A stretch of 64,000 nucleotides of DNA from an uncultured bacterium (GTDB taxonomy: Bacteria; Actinomycetota; Acidimicrobiia; Spongiisociales; UBA5794). The stretch is from NCBI GenBank assembly GCA_963801165.1, contig CAWDDT010000006.1, positions 192,001-256,000 on the forward strand, written 5' to 3'. Each line of letters opens with the position of its first letter. Positions within the stretch are counted from its first letter, which is position 1. Shown here one piece after another: positions 19,101 to 27,868 of the stretch. The translations under genes and the position numbers were made by a program. The notes under the pieces are model-generated. The model was given only the letters and a program-made list of their open reading frames with translations, had not been told where the DNA came from and did no database searches.

Positions 19101-20120
19101 ATGAAGGCTGTTGTGTACGACGGTCCCAGGGAATTCACGGTCAGAGAAGTGACCGACCCCGAGCCCGCTCCCGGTGAGGTCGTACTCCAGGAGCGGATCA
19201 CCGGTGTCTGCGGTACCGACCTGCATATTCACGACGGCGGGTTCTTCAGCGCATACCCATTGATCCCCGGCCATGAGATCGTGGGAGAAATCGTGGCTGT
19301 TGGCGATGACGTAGACCTTGCGTTGCTCGGCCGGGTGGTGGCCGCCGACAACACCGACCTTTGCGGCCACTGCTACCACTGTCAGCGTGATGAGCCGCTG
19401 TTCTGCAAGAACTTCCGATCGTTGGGCGTGAACGCTCCCGGTGGCTTCGCCGAGTCCGTATTGGTCCACGCGGCAAAGTGCTTTCCCGTCGATGATCTGG
19501 CCCCCGAAGTCGCGGTGATGACCGAACCGACTGCCTGCGCCGTGCACGGTATGGATGTGCTGGCCATGCGCCCGGGCTCGGATGTCCTTGTATTCGGTGC
19601 TGGTCCAACGGGTCTGGTGCTCGCCCAACTCATCGTCCACGGTGGGGCGGCGCGGGTCGTGGTCGCGGCGCCTACCCCGTTCAAACTGGATCTCGCTCGC
19701 AGCTATGGCATCGACGAAACGGTCCAGGTCGACCGGGCCAATCCCGACCAGGCGATCGACTCGCTCCGGGACCTCGCCCCGGAAGGCTTCGATGTCGTTG
19801 TCGATGCCACCGGTGCCGCGGCGATCGTGGAACGCTGCCTTCCCTTGACCAAGACCGGGGGTACGTTCATGACCTACGGCATGGCCGACGAGGAGGCTCA
19901 GGTGCCCTTCAGACCCTACGAGATCTTCCGGCGAGAGCTCACCATCAAGGGATCGTTCGCCCAAACGCACTGCTTCGATAGGGCGATTGCCTATCTCCGC
20001 AGCGGGCGGGTTCGCACAGAGGGAATCGTCACGCACACTTTCCCGCTCGACCGCTATGGGGACGCGCTCGAGGCGCTTCGAAGCCGCTCCGATTGCCTGA
20101 AGGCGGTCATTGTCCCGTAG
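19101..20120 (+). CDS. Zn-dependent alcohol/polyol dehydrogenase (MDR)
   Basis: CGTDLH, GHE, CxxCxxC..C structural Zn, GAGPTG; GGGAG RBS. Confidence 0.92.
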   Translation: MKAVVYDGPREFTVREVTDPEPAPGEVVLQERITGVCGTDLHIHDGGFFSAYPLIPGHEIVGEIVAVGDDVDLALLGRVVAADNTDLCGHCYHCQRDEPLFCKNFRSLGVNAPGGFAESVLVHAAKCFPVDDLAPEVAVMTEPTACAVHGMDVLAMRPGSDVLVFGAGPTGLVLAQLIVHGGAARVVVAAPTPFKLDLARSYGIDETVQVDRANPDQAIDSLRDLAPEGFDVVVDATGAAAIVERCLPLTKTGGTFMTYGMADEEAQVPFRPYEIFRRELTIKGSFAQTHCFDRAIAYLRSGRVRTEGIVTHTFPLDRYGDALEALRSRSDCLKAVIVP

Positions 20121-20256
20121 CGACCACGCCCCGGTATCCGCCTTCGTCAATCAGTTTTGACCTACGGTCGCCAGGTGATCGCACCAACCGGGAGACCCGG
20201 CGGGTGCGATAATCGGGAACGCTCAGCGATCAATCTGCGTCGAGAAAGGACGCCCG

Positions 20257-20601
20257 ATGCTCATCGACATTGGCGAGAAGGTTCACATTATCGAGCGGAG
20301 GCTCTTCGAGTCCGACGTCCGTCGACATTTCGTTGGAGTGGTCGAGCGGGTCGATGCCGCGACGATGAGGGTGAGGGGCTACGTGTTCACGCATGACTCC
20401 TCCTCTTCTCAGTACGTTCGGAGTCAGGACCAGCGCATCCGTATCTTCCCGTTGATCTCGAGCGGCTTCATCGTCAACGTGGTCGCCCCTTCGACCGAGA
20501 TCGACGACGTTCGCTACGTGATCACTGAGATGGGCCGCCTGGTAGTTACCGACGGTGCTGGTTTCAGCCTCGACATCAACGAATTCGGTCGGATGCGCTG
20601 A
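20257..20601 (+). CDS. Hypothetical beta-rich protein
   Basis: AAAGGA RBS, 114-aa ORF with typical codon usage. Confidence 0.75.
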   Translation: MLIDIGEKVHIIERRLFESDVRRHFVGVVERVDAATMRVRGYVFTHDSSSSQYVRSQDQRIRIFPLISSGFIVNVVAPSTEIDDVRYVITEMGRLVVTDGAGFSLDINEFGRMR

Positions 20602-20788
20602 CGATCGCCCGGAGCCGGCCGACGCCGGCACCGGCACCGCATGCCTGAGCCCCCAGAGGCGCGGTTGCGTGTGCGGCCGCAGCGCTCACGTTCGCTCCTT
20701 CTCGATCGAAAGAGCTCGGTCGAGCCCGCCGGGAATCACGAGGATCCACGCGGTGCTCGAGCCTTAGCACGCTCGCTACGATGGAGTC

Positions 20789-21169
20789 ATGGTGCTTCCC
20801 CGCTGGCTGGCCCGTTTCAATCGGCGGGTGACCAATCGTGTGCTCGGTCGTATTCCGAGCCGCTGGTCTCCACTTGTTCTTCTACACCACGTGGGGCGCA
20901 CCAGCGGCAAGCAATACTCGACGCCGCTTGCCGCATTCCGCACCGACTTCGGCTTCGTGTTCGCCCTAACGTACGGACCTGGCGCCGACTGGGTGCAGAA
21001 CGTTCTCGGTGCCGACAGCTTCGCAATAGACGCCCGTGGCGTCCGGCACGAACTCGCCGGCGCCCGTTTCATCCCACGCACGGAGGCATCCAGGTATCTG
21101 CCTACTCCGGTCCGCGTTGCACTGAGGCTTCTGCGCGTTGAGTGGTTCCTGGCTGCCGAGCGTACCTAG
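20789..21169 (+). CDS. Deazaflavin (F420)-dependent nitroreductase family protein
   Basis: HHVGRTSGKQYSTP, YGPGADWVQNV; TACGAT 6 nt before ATG. Confidence 0.88.
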   Translation: MVLPRWLARFNRRVTNRVLGRIPSRWSPLVLLHHVGRTSGKQYSTPLAAFRTDFGFVFALTYGPGADWVQNVLGADSFAIDARGVRHELAGARFIPRTEASRYLPTPVRVALRLLRVEWFLAAERT

Positions 21170-21424
21170 ATCCGGGCCGATCGTCGTCCCGACCCACCGT
21201 GAGGCGCGTCATGTGCAAGTTGGTCAACCGGGGACCGAGAGCGTGCACCGCGCGACGCAGGAGTGACTTTCGTCGATGAAGAGGGCCGTCGGTGGAGAGG
21301 GTAATTTCTGCGAAGCCCCCGGTGACTGCCGCCGGGGCCTGCCGGTGGGCCTTTGCAGGAGAGGCTGTTGAGGACCCCTCCCGTTGCCCCACTGCGCCGG
21401 CAGAGGAGGTACTAGGCTTCGGTC

Positions 21425-21679
21425 ATGGCAATGCATGGTCGCCCGCGGGGCGGCATCGACTCAGGCAATCGGACGGGTAACCCCCTCCGCCCGCTCCGAA
21501 TGGCCATGCTCCAGCACGGATTCGTGGACCAGCACACCCGGGCCGGGTTCAAACCCGACGAAGCCGACCCGTTGAGCTACGGCATCGTGAAGATTCGTGG
21601 TCGTTCCTTCCCCACCGCAGCGGCAATCACCCTTGCGATCATCCTGCTGGTGATCCTCCTCGCCTTTGTGGTCTTCTGA
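21425..21679 (+). CDS. Small membrane protein with C-terminal TM
   Basis: TAGGCT 6 nt before ATG (leaderless pattern); single C-terminal hydrophobic helix. Confidence 0.6.
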   Translation: MAMHGRPRGGIDSGNRTGNPLRPLRMAMLQHGFVDQHTRAGFKPDEADPLSYGIVKIRGRSFPTAAAITLAIILLVILLAFVVF

Positions 21680-21686
21680 CATCGGT

Positions 21687-22820
21687 GTGACGCCGAGAGA
21701 GATTGCCTCTCGTTCTTCTCTGCATCGATGGGCCGTGTTGTGCGCAGTGGTGGGTCTCCTCCTCACAGGGTGTAGCGGGCCCGGTGCGGACAGGACCGAA
21801 CCATTGACTTCAATCTCCACGGCTTCCGCTGCGCCCACCACGACAGTCGCCGATCGGCCCACCACCACGATTACCGAAACCACGGTGACGACCGAGCCCA
21901 CAACGACAACCGCGACGACCAAACCTACGACCACGGTACCGGTGGTCCGACCCGGCGTTCCTCCCCGCGGCACAGTCACAGAAGGCTCGCTCGTCACGGA
22001 GGGCTCGGGTGAGCGCACGTACCGGTTATACGTCCCGTCCGGCGTGACGTCCAAGGACCAGGTGCCATTGCTCCTTGCCCTCCACGGGGGAACGGGCTCG
22101 GGCGCACAGTTCGAGACGAACTCTGCCTTCGACACACTCGCAGAGGCAAACAACTTCATCGTTGCCTATCCCGACGGCACCCCGATCGGCACCGGGAGCG
22201 GGCGCGTCTGGAATGGTGGTGACTGTTGCGGGCGCGCTCAGGACAGTCGGGACAACGTCGATGATGTCGGCTTCATCGCACAGCTCATACATGCCATCGA
22301 AGCGGAGTATCCGGTGGATCCCGCCCGCGTCTATGCGACCGGCCACTCCAATGGTGCCATTCTGTCGTACCGCCTTGCGTGTGAGCTCGCGGACACGATT
22401 ACGGCAGTCGCGTTCCAGGCGGGGACTATTGAGATAGGCGAGTGCAGGCCCAGCCGGCCCATCTCGGTTCTAGCTATTCACGGTACGGCCGACACCAACA
22501 TCCCCATCGAGGGCGGCTTTGGCGACGGTTTCTCCCGCACGGACTTCACCTCTCCGCAGGAGAGCATTGCCACCATGGCGGAACTCGATGGTTGCGGCCC
22601 CATGGTGGAAACCGTCGACCCCGGCAACCCGGCTGTGACACACCGGCTCTGGAACGAATGCCGGGGAGGTGTGACGGTCGAGATGACCATCGTCACCGGG
22701 GCGAACCACGCCTGGATGGGGCACGCCGCCACCAGGCTTCAGGAGGCCCTGGTCGGGACCCCGTATCCTGGCTATGACTCCAGCCTCGCGGTGTGGACGT
22801 TCCTCGCCGCCAACGGCTGA
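21687..22820 (+). CDS. Lipoprotein esterase, PHB depolymerase/LpqC-like
   Basis: Lipobox LLTGC, Thr-rich linker, LALHGG, WNGGDCC, GHSNG nucleophile, HGTAD, NHAW; start uncertain. Confidence 0.88.
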   Translation: MTPREIASRSSLHRWAVLCAVVGLLLTGCSGPGADRTEPLTSISTASAAPTTTVADRPTTTITETTVTTEPTTTTATTKPTTTVPVVRPGVPPRGTVTEGSLVTEGSGERTYRLYVPSGVTSKDQVPLLLALHGGTGSGAQFETNSAFDTLAEANNFIVAYPDGTPIGTGSGRVWNGGDCCGRAQDSRDNVDDVGFIAQLIHAIEAEYPVDPARVYATGHSNGAILSYRLACELADTITAVAFQAGTIEIGECRPSRPISVLAIHGTADTNIPIEGGFGDGFSRTDFTSPQESIATMAELDGCGPMVETVDPGNPAVTHRLWNECRGGVTVEMTIVTGANHAWMGHAATRLQEALVGTPYPGYDSSLAVWTFLAANG

Positions 22821-22887
22821 GAGCGCGGTTCGGCCACCACTGAGACGCCACTGCGCGGCGGGGTGCGCGGTTGTGCCGCTCGCCCGG

Positions 22888-25236
22888 TCACAGTTCGCCG
22901 CTTCGCTGCAGAGTCAGCAAGGCCAGCCACCCCGGCAGGATCGGGAGCCAGAACGTGACGAATCGGAACAGGAACACCGCAGCAAATGCCTCGGACCCGC
23001 CCACACCAACGGCGGTGTATCCGGCGATGAGCGCCGCCTCCGTCGCCCCTACCCCTCCCGGAGTGGGCGCCGCGGTTGCCACCGCGGCTCCCGCGAGGTA
23101 GACGACGGTGGCGGTGACAATGGGGAGATCCACACCAAGCGCCTTCAGCGAGGCGATCATCGCAATCGTGTAACTGATGGTCACCATTGCCGACCCCGCA
23201 AACAGAGCAGCCAGCTTGCTGGGCTTCTTCGCTACGGTGGCGACCGTGCGCCACGCCGACTTGATCGCTGGGATGAGATTGCGGGTCAGCAGCTTGCGAC
23301 CGGCAGGAAGAGCCATGAGGGCGCCGGACGCCAGAATCAACACAGCGACGACTACAGCCGCCGTTGGCCCGGACGGGAGGGGCAAACCAACGCCGCCTGA
23401 GGTACCCGCGATCAGCCCGGCCGTGGTCAGCAATGAGGCGTGTATCACAAAGCCGGCGAGGGTATTGAGCCCGATCGCCGAAACGGCAACCGGGCCCGGA
23501 ATGGCCCGCCGCTGCAGGAAGCGGACGTTTGTCGCCATGCCCCCCACCTTGGCCGGTGTGACCCGGTTGGCGAACGACGAAGCCACCTGCGCCGCCACCA
23601 CCCTGCCGAGCGGCAGTGGCATAGGCACCGCGCCGACGATCCCGACGCTGGCGCCGACATACGTAAGCGCCGAAGCGACACACGCCACCGCCGTCCAGCC
23701 GAGGTTCGCATGTACCAGGTCTCCGATGAATCCGCTCGCTTCGGAGAATTGAGGGACGAGCGCGTACGCCGCCAGACCGAGGCTGGCTAACACGAAGACG
23801 GTGCGCCGGTTGATCCGCTCCATCTTCACGAATCTCACGTCTTCCGCACCGATCGCCTCCGCAACAGCGCTGCGTAGCTTCTCGAAGTCCTTCGATTTGC
23901 CGATCTGCGTCCGTGTCGCCGTGCTGAGACCCAGAGGCTGGATCCAGGGCAGCGCCTCGGCCATGTGCTCAGGACCAAGGACCTCGAGCGCCGCGGCGAT
24001 CGCCGGCTCTGCCCCGACCGCGGCAGCTGTCGACGACAGCAGTTCCGCCACATCGCGTGATCTGAGCTCGTGGGATGCGGCCATTTCGGCGAATCCGAAA
24101 TCGATCAGCCACGCCGTGCCATCGTCTGCGGCAAACACGTTCGCCAGGCGCAGATCGCGGTGAGCGATGCCCGCTCTGTCGAGTTCCGCAACCAGTCTCC
24201 ACAGGTCACGCAGGGTCGATTGGGTGATGGCGCCCAACGGCAACTCGTCGAGAGAACGACCGGCTATGCGCTCGTAGGCCAGCAATACTCCATCCGTTCC
24301 GATCTCCGCCACCGTGACGAGTCGGGGCGTGCGAATGCCGCGAGCTCGTGCGGCCAGAGACAGGAGCGCTTCATGCTCGACGGCGCGTTCCAGTGACGCA
24401 AAAGGCCGTCTGTCACCGGTCCGTCGGAGCCTGAGCCATCGATATAGACGAAAGAGCAGATCTGCAGAGCGGTGGTCGCCGCCGAGCGTCTTGACGAACA
24501 GCTCGGTGCCGTCGGTCGTCGTGACAAACCACGGAACCGAGCCTCGGGCGTCTACCGATGCACGCTCGATCTGAGCCGCCTTGACACCGCTGGCGCGAAG
24601 CGTCTCCTCTATCTGTGACGGCGAAGGCGTGCGGTCGCGTGTCTTGAAAACGAGAGCTGCCGCAGCACCCGCGGTCATACCGACACCGATGTCGAGCGGC
24701 AAGCTGATCACGGCGAGACTGCCGCCCAGGAACGACAATGCCAACCCGCCCGCGAGGACTCCGACTACCCACGGACGGAAACGCCTCGAGATCCACGGGC
24801 TCGCCAGGGTGAACACCGCCACGAGCGACGACAATCCGGCGTTTCCGAGGCTTGTCTCTTGCCCTTCGCCGTGGACCGCGTCCACAAGGGCATTGGAAGT
24901 GGCCAGAGTGATCACGAGCTCGACTGCCAGAACCGACAATGCAATCCCGGCAAGCGCCGCCGTGTTCACGAGGACGACACGTCGGAACTGTCTTCTGACC
25001 ACGAGGCCGATGTTGGTCGCCGCGATCGACGCCAGGATGGCGCCGCCGATGCCGATTTCGATCGTGTTGGGCAACCATTCGGGCCAGGACGCCTGGAGCG
25101 TGGCGATGTCCTCACGCAGACCCAGGAGGGCACTCTCGAACACGACGAGAAGGCCGACTCCCAGGACACACAAGACAAGCCCCGCGAGCAACCGCAGGGC
25201 GTAGACCGGCGAGCGAACCAAGCGGGCCTTCTCCAA
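22888..25236 (-). CDS. Membrane fusion: degenerate PAP2-like TM region, kinase-like domain and LPG_synthase_TM (flippase-like) domain
   Basis: LFVK, HEAL, HRDLRLAN, DFG kinase motifs; FANRVTPAKVGG, APTPGGVGATEA, FRFVTFWLP; TTG start after GGAGGG. Confidence 0.85.
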   Translation of the reverse strand: MEKARLVRSPVYALRLLAGLVLCVLGVGLLVVFESALLGLREDIATLQASWPEWLPNTIEIGIGGAILASIAATNIGLVVRRQFRRVVLVNTAALAGIALSVLAVELVITLATSNALVDAVHGEGQETSLGNAGLSSLVAVFTLASPWISRRFRPWVVGVLAGGLALSFLGGSLAVISLPLDIGVGMTAGAAAALVFKTRDRTPSPSQIEETLRASGVKAAQIERASVDARGSVPWFVTTTDGTELFVKTLGGDHRSADLLFRLYRWLRLRRTGDRRPFASLERAVEHEALLSLAARARGIRTPRLVTVAEIGTDGVLLAYERIAGRSLDELPLGAITQSTLRDLWRLVAELDRAGIAHRDLRLANVFAADDGTAWLIDFGFAEMAASHELRSRDVAELLSSTAAAVGAEPAIAAALEVLGPEHMAEALPWIQPLGLSTATRTQIGKSKDFEKLRSAVAEAIGAEDVRFVKMERINRRTVFVLASLGLAAYALVPQFSEASGFIGDLVHANLGWTAVACVASALTYVGASVGIVGAVPMPLPLGRVVAAQVASSFANRVTPAKVGGMATNVRFLQRRAIPGPVAVSAIGLNTLAGFVIHASLLTTAGLIAGTSGGVGLPLPSGPTAAVVVAVLILASGALMALPAGRKLLTRNLIPAIKSAWRTVATVAKKPSKLAALFAGSAMVTISYTIAMIASLKALGVDLPIVTATVVYLAGAAVATAAPTPGGVGATEAALIAGYTAVGVGGSEAFAAVFLFRFVTFWLPILPGWLALLTLQRSGEL

Positions 25237-25303
25237 CTCCCTCCCTCTCCCGGCCAGAGAACGCACGGAGCGCTCGAACCGACCTGCGGGTATCCTACGC
25301 GCG

Positions 25304-25960
25304 ATGATGCGCGAATGGCCGCAGAAGCGGTCGCTCATTCTGCTTGTGGTTGCCGCAGCATTGCTCGTCGTCGGCGTTGCCAGGCTCCTGGCAACGGTGC
25401 CGCCAGCCGGGTGGGAGCTCTCGCTCTTTCGCGAGATCAACGGCGGTGGTGACCTGCCGAAACCGCTGTGGTGGCCCGTGATGCAGTTCGGTAGCCTCAC
25501 GGGCGCCCTCGTCCTCGCATCTGCTCTTGCAATCGGCTGGAGTTGGTCGGTCGGCGGGCGGGTCGCTATCGCCACCGGTTCGGCTTGGGCCGCGGCGCAG
25601 CTGCTCAAGTCAACTGTGGGCCGTGGCCGTCCGGCTTCTCTGGGCATCGACATCGTCGCTCGGAGCACAGAGACGTCCGGTACGGGATTCCCGTCCGGCC
25701 ACGCCGCGGTGGCGTTTGGCGCGGCGGTCGTGGTCGTGGCCTATCTATCCGGGTGGTGGCGCCTAGCCCCGGTTGCCGTGGCGATCCTCGTTGCTCTCGC
25801 ACGCGTCTACGTAGGTGTGCATCTCCCGCTGGATGTGGTCGGTGGTGCCGCCGTTGGTGTCACACTCGGATCGATCGTGCTTAGCGTGCTCCCCGCGGGC
25901 GCAGATCGACCAGAACCCTGGTGGGCGGGGCGGCGACGCGCCGCTCGTGCCGCCGCCTGA
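25304..25960 (+). CDS. PAP2 family phosphatase
   Basis: C1 KSTVGRGRP, C2 PSGH, C3 ARVYVGVHLPLD; TATCCT 7 nt before ATG. Confidence 0.92.
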   Translation: MMREWPQKRSLILLVVAAALLVVGVARLLATVPPAGWELSLFREINGGGDLPKPLWWPVMQFGSLTGALVLASALAIGWSWSVGGRVAIATGSAWAAAQLLKSTVGRGRPASLGIDIVARSTETSGTGFPSGHAAVAFGAAVVVVAYLSGWWRLAPVAVAILVALARVYVGVHLPLDVVGGAAVGVTLGSIVLSVLPAGADRPEPWWAGRRRAARAAA

Positions 25961-26006
25961 GCAGCACGCCCCCAGCCGGCCGCTACGATGCTTTCTGGAG
26001 GACCAA

Positions 26007-26468
26007 GTGGCCAATGTCCTGGTGGTCTACGCGACGCGAAACGGATCCACCGGCGAGGTGGCGGCCGCCCTTGCCGCCACGCTGCAACAATGTGGCCACA
26101 CGGTCGTCATCGCATCCGCCGGCCGATTCCGTGATCCTGTCGACCAATTCGATCTCGTCGTTCTCGGTGGAGCGCTCTATTCCGGGCGGTGGCATCAGGG
26201 GGCACAACGCTTTCTCCGCAGACACCGCCGCGAGCTCGCCGGGTGTGCAGTGGCGGTGTTCGGGATGGGCCCCCGTCGAGACGACACCGAGGCGTGGCAG
26301 ACGTCGCGGACGCAGCTGGATCGCGCTCTCGCCAAACGACCCTGGCTCCATCCGACCGCAGTCACGGTATTCGGAGGTGTCGACCCGCCCAAGAAGAAGG
26401 AGCGCCGGGACATACGCGATTGGCCTGCGATCGCCCAATGGGCGCGGACGCTGAGCGACACCGCCTGA
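26007..26468 (+). CDS. Flavodoxin-domain protein (HemG-like)
   Basis: VLVVYATRNGSTGEVA, VVLGGALY, DIRDW; GGAGGA RBS before GTG. Confidence 0.88.
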   Translation: MANVLVVYATRNGSTGEVAAALAATLQQCGHTVVIASAGRFRDPVDQFDLVVLGGALYSGRWHQGAQRFLRRHRRELAGCAVAVFGMGPRRDDTEAWQTSRTQLDRALAKRPWLHPTAVTVFGGVDPPKKKERRDIRDWPAIAQWARTLSDTA

Positions 26469-26631
26469 AGTACCGACCCGGCGAGCCGGTACGGGCAACC
26501 TCACATCTCGCGCGTCCGTCATTGGCCGCATGCTCTTCCCGAAATGCGGACAGCTGGTGTCCGGAATGGCCCCTACCTTGTCCGCATCGGAGGGAGAAAC
26601 GACCAGTGGATAGTTTAGCGAGGAGCGCCAA

Positions 26632-26997
26632 GTGAAGATCAACCAGCAGATCGCCGTCTTCGATGCCGCGGACATTGCCGAGGAGAGTGCGTTTTGGGCG
26701 GGAGTGTTCGACGGCAGGGTCGACGCCGAGGACGACTGGCACACCGTCTACGACGCCTCGGGAGCACATCGTCTGGACGTCCAACTGGCACCAAACCACA
26801 TCCCACCCGATTGGCCGGACGGCACGCCACAGCAGATCCATCTGGATCTCTACGTCGCTGACTTTCCCAGTGCCCACGAGGAGGTCATAGCGCTTGGTGC
26901 CCGGGTCTTGAAGGCGGCCGACGACACAGCGGCCGGATCCGGATTCCAGGTATACGCAGATCCGGCCGGTCACCCGTTCTGTCTCTGCTGGGGCTGA
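26632..26997 (+). CDS. VOC/glyoxalase family protein
   Basis: QQIHLDL and YADPAGHPFCL. Confidence 0.9.
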   Translation: MKINQQIAVFDAADIAEESAFWAGVFDGRVDAEDDWHTVYDASGAHRLDVQLAPNHIPPDWPDGTPQQIHLDLYVADFPSAHEEVIALGARVLKAADDTAAGSGFQVYADPAGHPFCLCWG

Positions 26998-27812
26998 CGA
27001 GGCGCGGAGACACTCCGGAGGGCATCGGCTCCCTGATCGGGCGGGAACTGAATCCCGAAACGATCCCGCAGCAGCGCCTCGACTTCGTCCGCACCCAACT
27101 GACGTTCGTTCCGGACACCGGCGACGGTGGTGATGAGCCGGTCGCCCGAAAGGGTGATCCGACCTTCCCCGGTAAGGAGGCTGCAGATAGTTTGCGATGT
27201 GAAGTGGCTGTCGGGCGACGTCTGCTGCCATTCGTTCCTATCGGCGAAGTCCGCAAGAGGCCTCGGCACCGTGGTGAACGAGTATTGGGCCTGCCACCCG
27301 TCCCCCCGATCTTCCTGGTAGATCCAGCGCGGCCCGTCACGCACCAGCCTCACCATCCGGTCCCGGTCCGCTTGCTCGCGGTCCTCGGCAATTGGGATGG
27401 GCATCGTGAACGCATCCCCGAACCCGACGTCGACCAGCAATGGCCCGGCGACATCCTCAGCATATGCGATCAATGCCATGTGGTCGAACTCGGCTCCGTA
27501 GGCGCCGTCGGCGTGTGCCACGCGGGCCGAGACGAAGTGGACGCGGTAGCCGAACGTAGCCAGAAGTGAAGCAAATGCCGAGTTGAGCTCATAGCAGTAG
27601 CCACCACGTTTCCGGTAGACGACCTTGTCGATAATCGACTCGAGGTCGAGGACGATCGGCACACCGCGGTGGATATCGAGATTCTCAAACGGAACCCGGA
27701 GCATATGGGAGAACTGCAGTACGGCAAGCGATGCCGCGTCGGGCCGATCCGGGCGACGCGCCCCGATGCGGCTCAGATATGCATCCGTGTGTTGTTCATT
27801 CGGCATCGACAT
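26970..27812 (-). CDS. nat: Arylamine N-acetyltransferase
   Basis: VPFENL, RGGYCYE (Cys), DHM (His), VDVGFG (Asp). Confidence 0.95.
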   Translation of the reverse strand: MSMPNEQHTDAYLSRIGARRPDRPDAASLAVLQFSHMLRVPFENLDIHRGVPIVLDLESIIDKVVYRKRGGYCYELNSAFASLLATFGYRVHFVSARVAHADGAYGAEFDHMALIAYAEDVAGPLLVDVGFGDAFTMPIPIAEDREQADRDRMVRLVRDGPRWIYQEDRGDGWQAQYSFTTVPRPLADFADRNEWQQTSPDSHFTSQTICSLLTGEGRITLSGDRLITTVAGVRNERQLGADEVEALLRDRFGIQFPPDQGADALRSVSAPRQPQQRQNG

Positions 27813-27819
27813 CGCGGCG

Positions 27820-27850
27820 AGCGTACACGTTCAAGTGCACTCGAGGTCAA
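27820..27850 (-). promoter_or_regulatory. MerR-type promoter of nat (19-bp spacer with dyad, leaderless)
   Basis: TTGACC-TCGAGTGCACTTGAACGTG-TACGCT, then 7 nt to ATG. Confidence 0.8.
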
Positions 27851-27868
27851 GCCAATCCGATGCGGTCA

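Noticed and set aside
18870-20150. Long antisense ORFs (this one, 43481-44563, 40745-41803, 54075-55220 and others)
   Set aside because: Shadow frames of real genes, expected in high-GC DNA; no recognisable motifs
20602-20770. MarR-like remnant on the minus strand (VDPRDSRRARP)
   Set aside because: Too short and low in complexity; other frames are equally plausible
25237-25668. N-terminal extension of the 926-aa ORF
   Set aside because: Overlaps the PAP2 gene on the opposite strand; an RBS supports TTG at 25236
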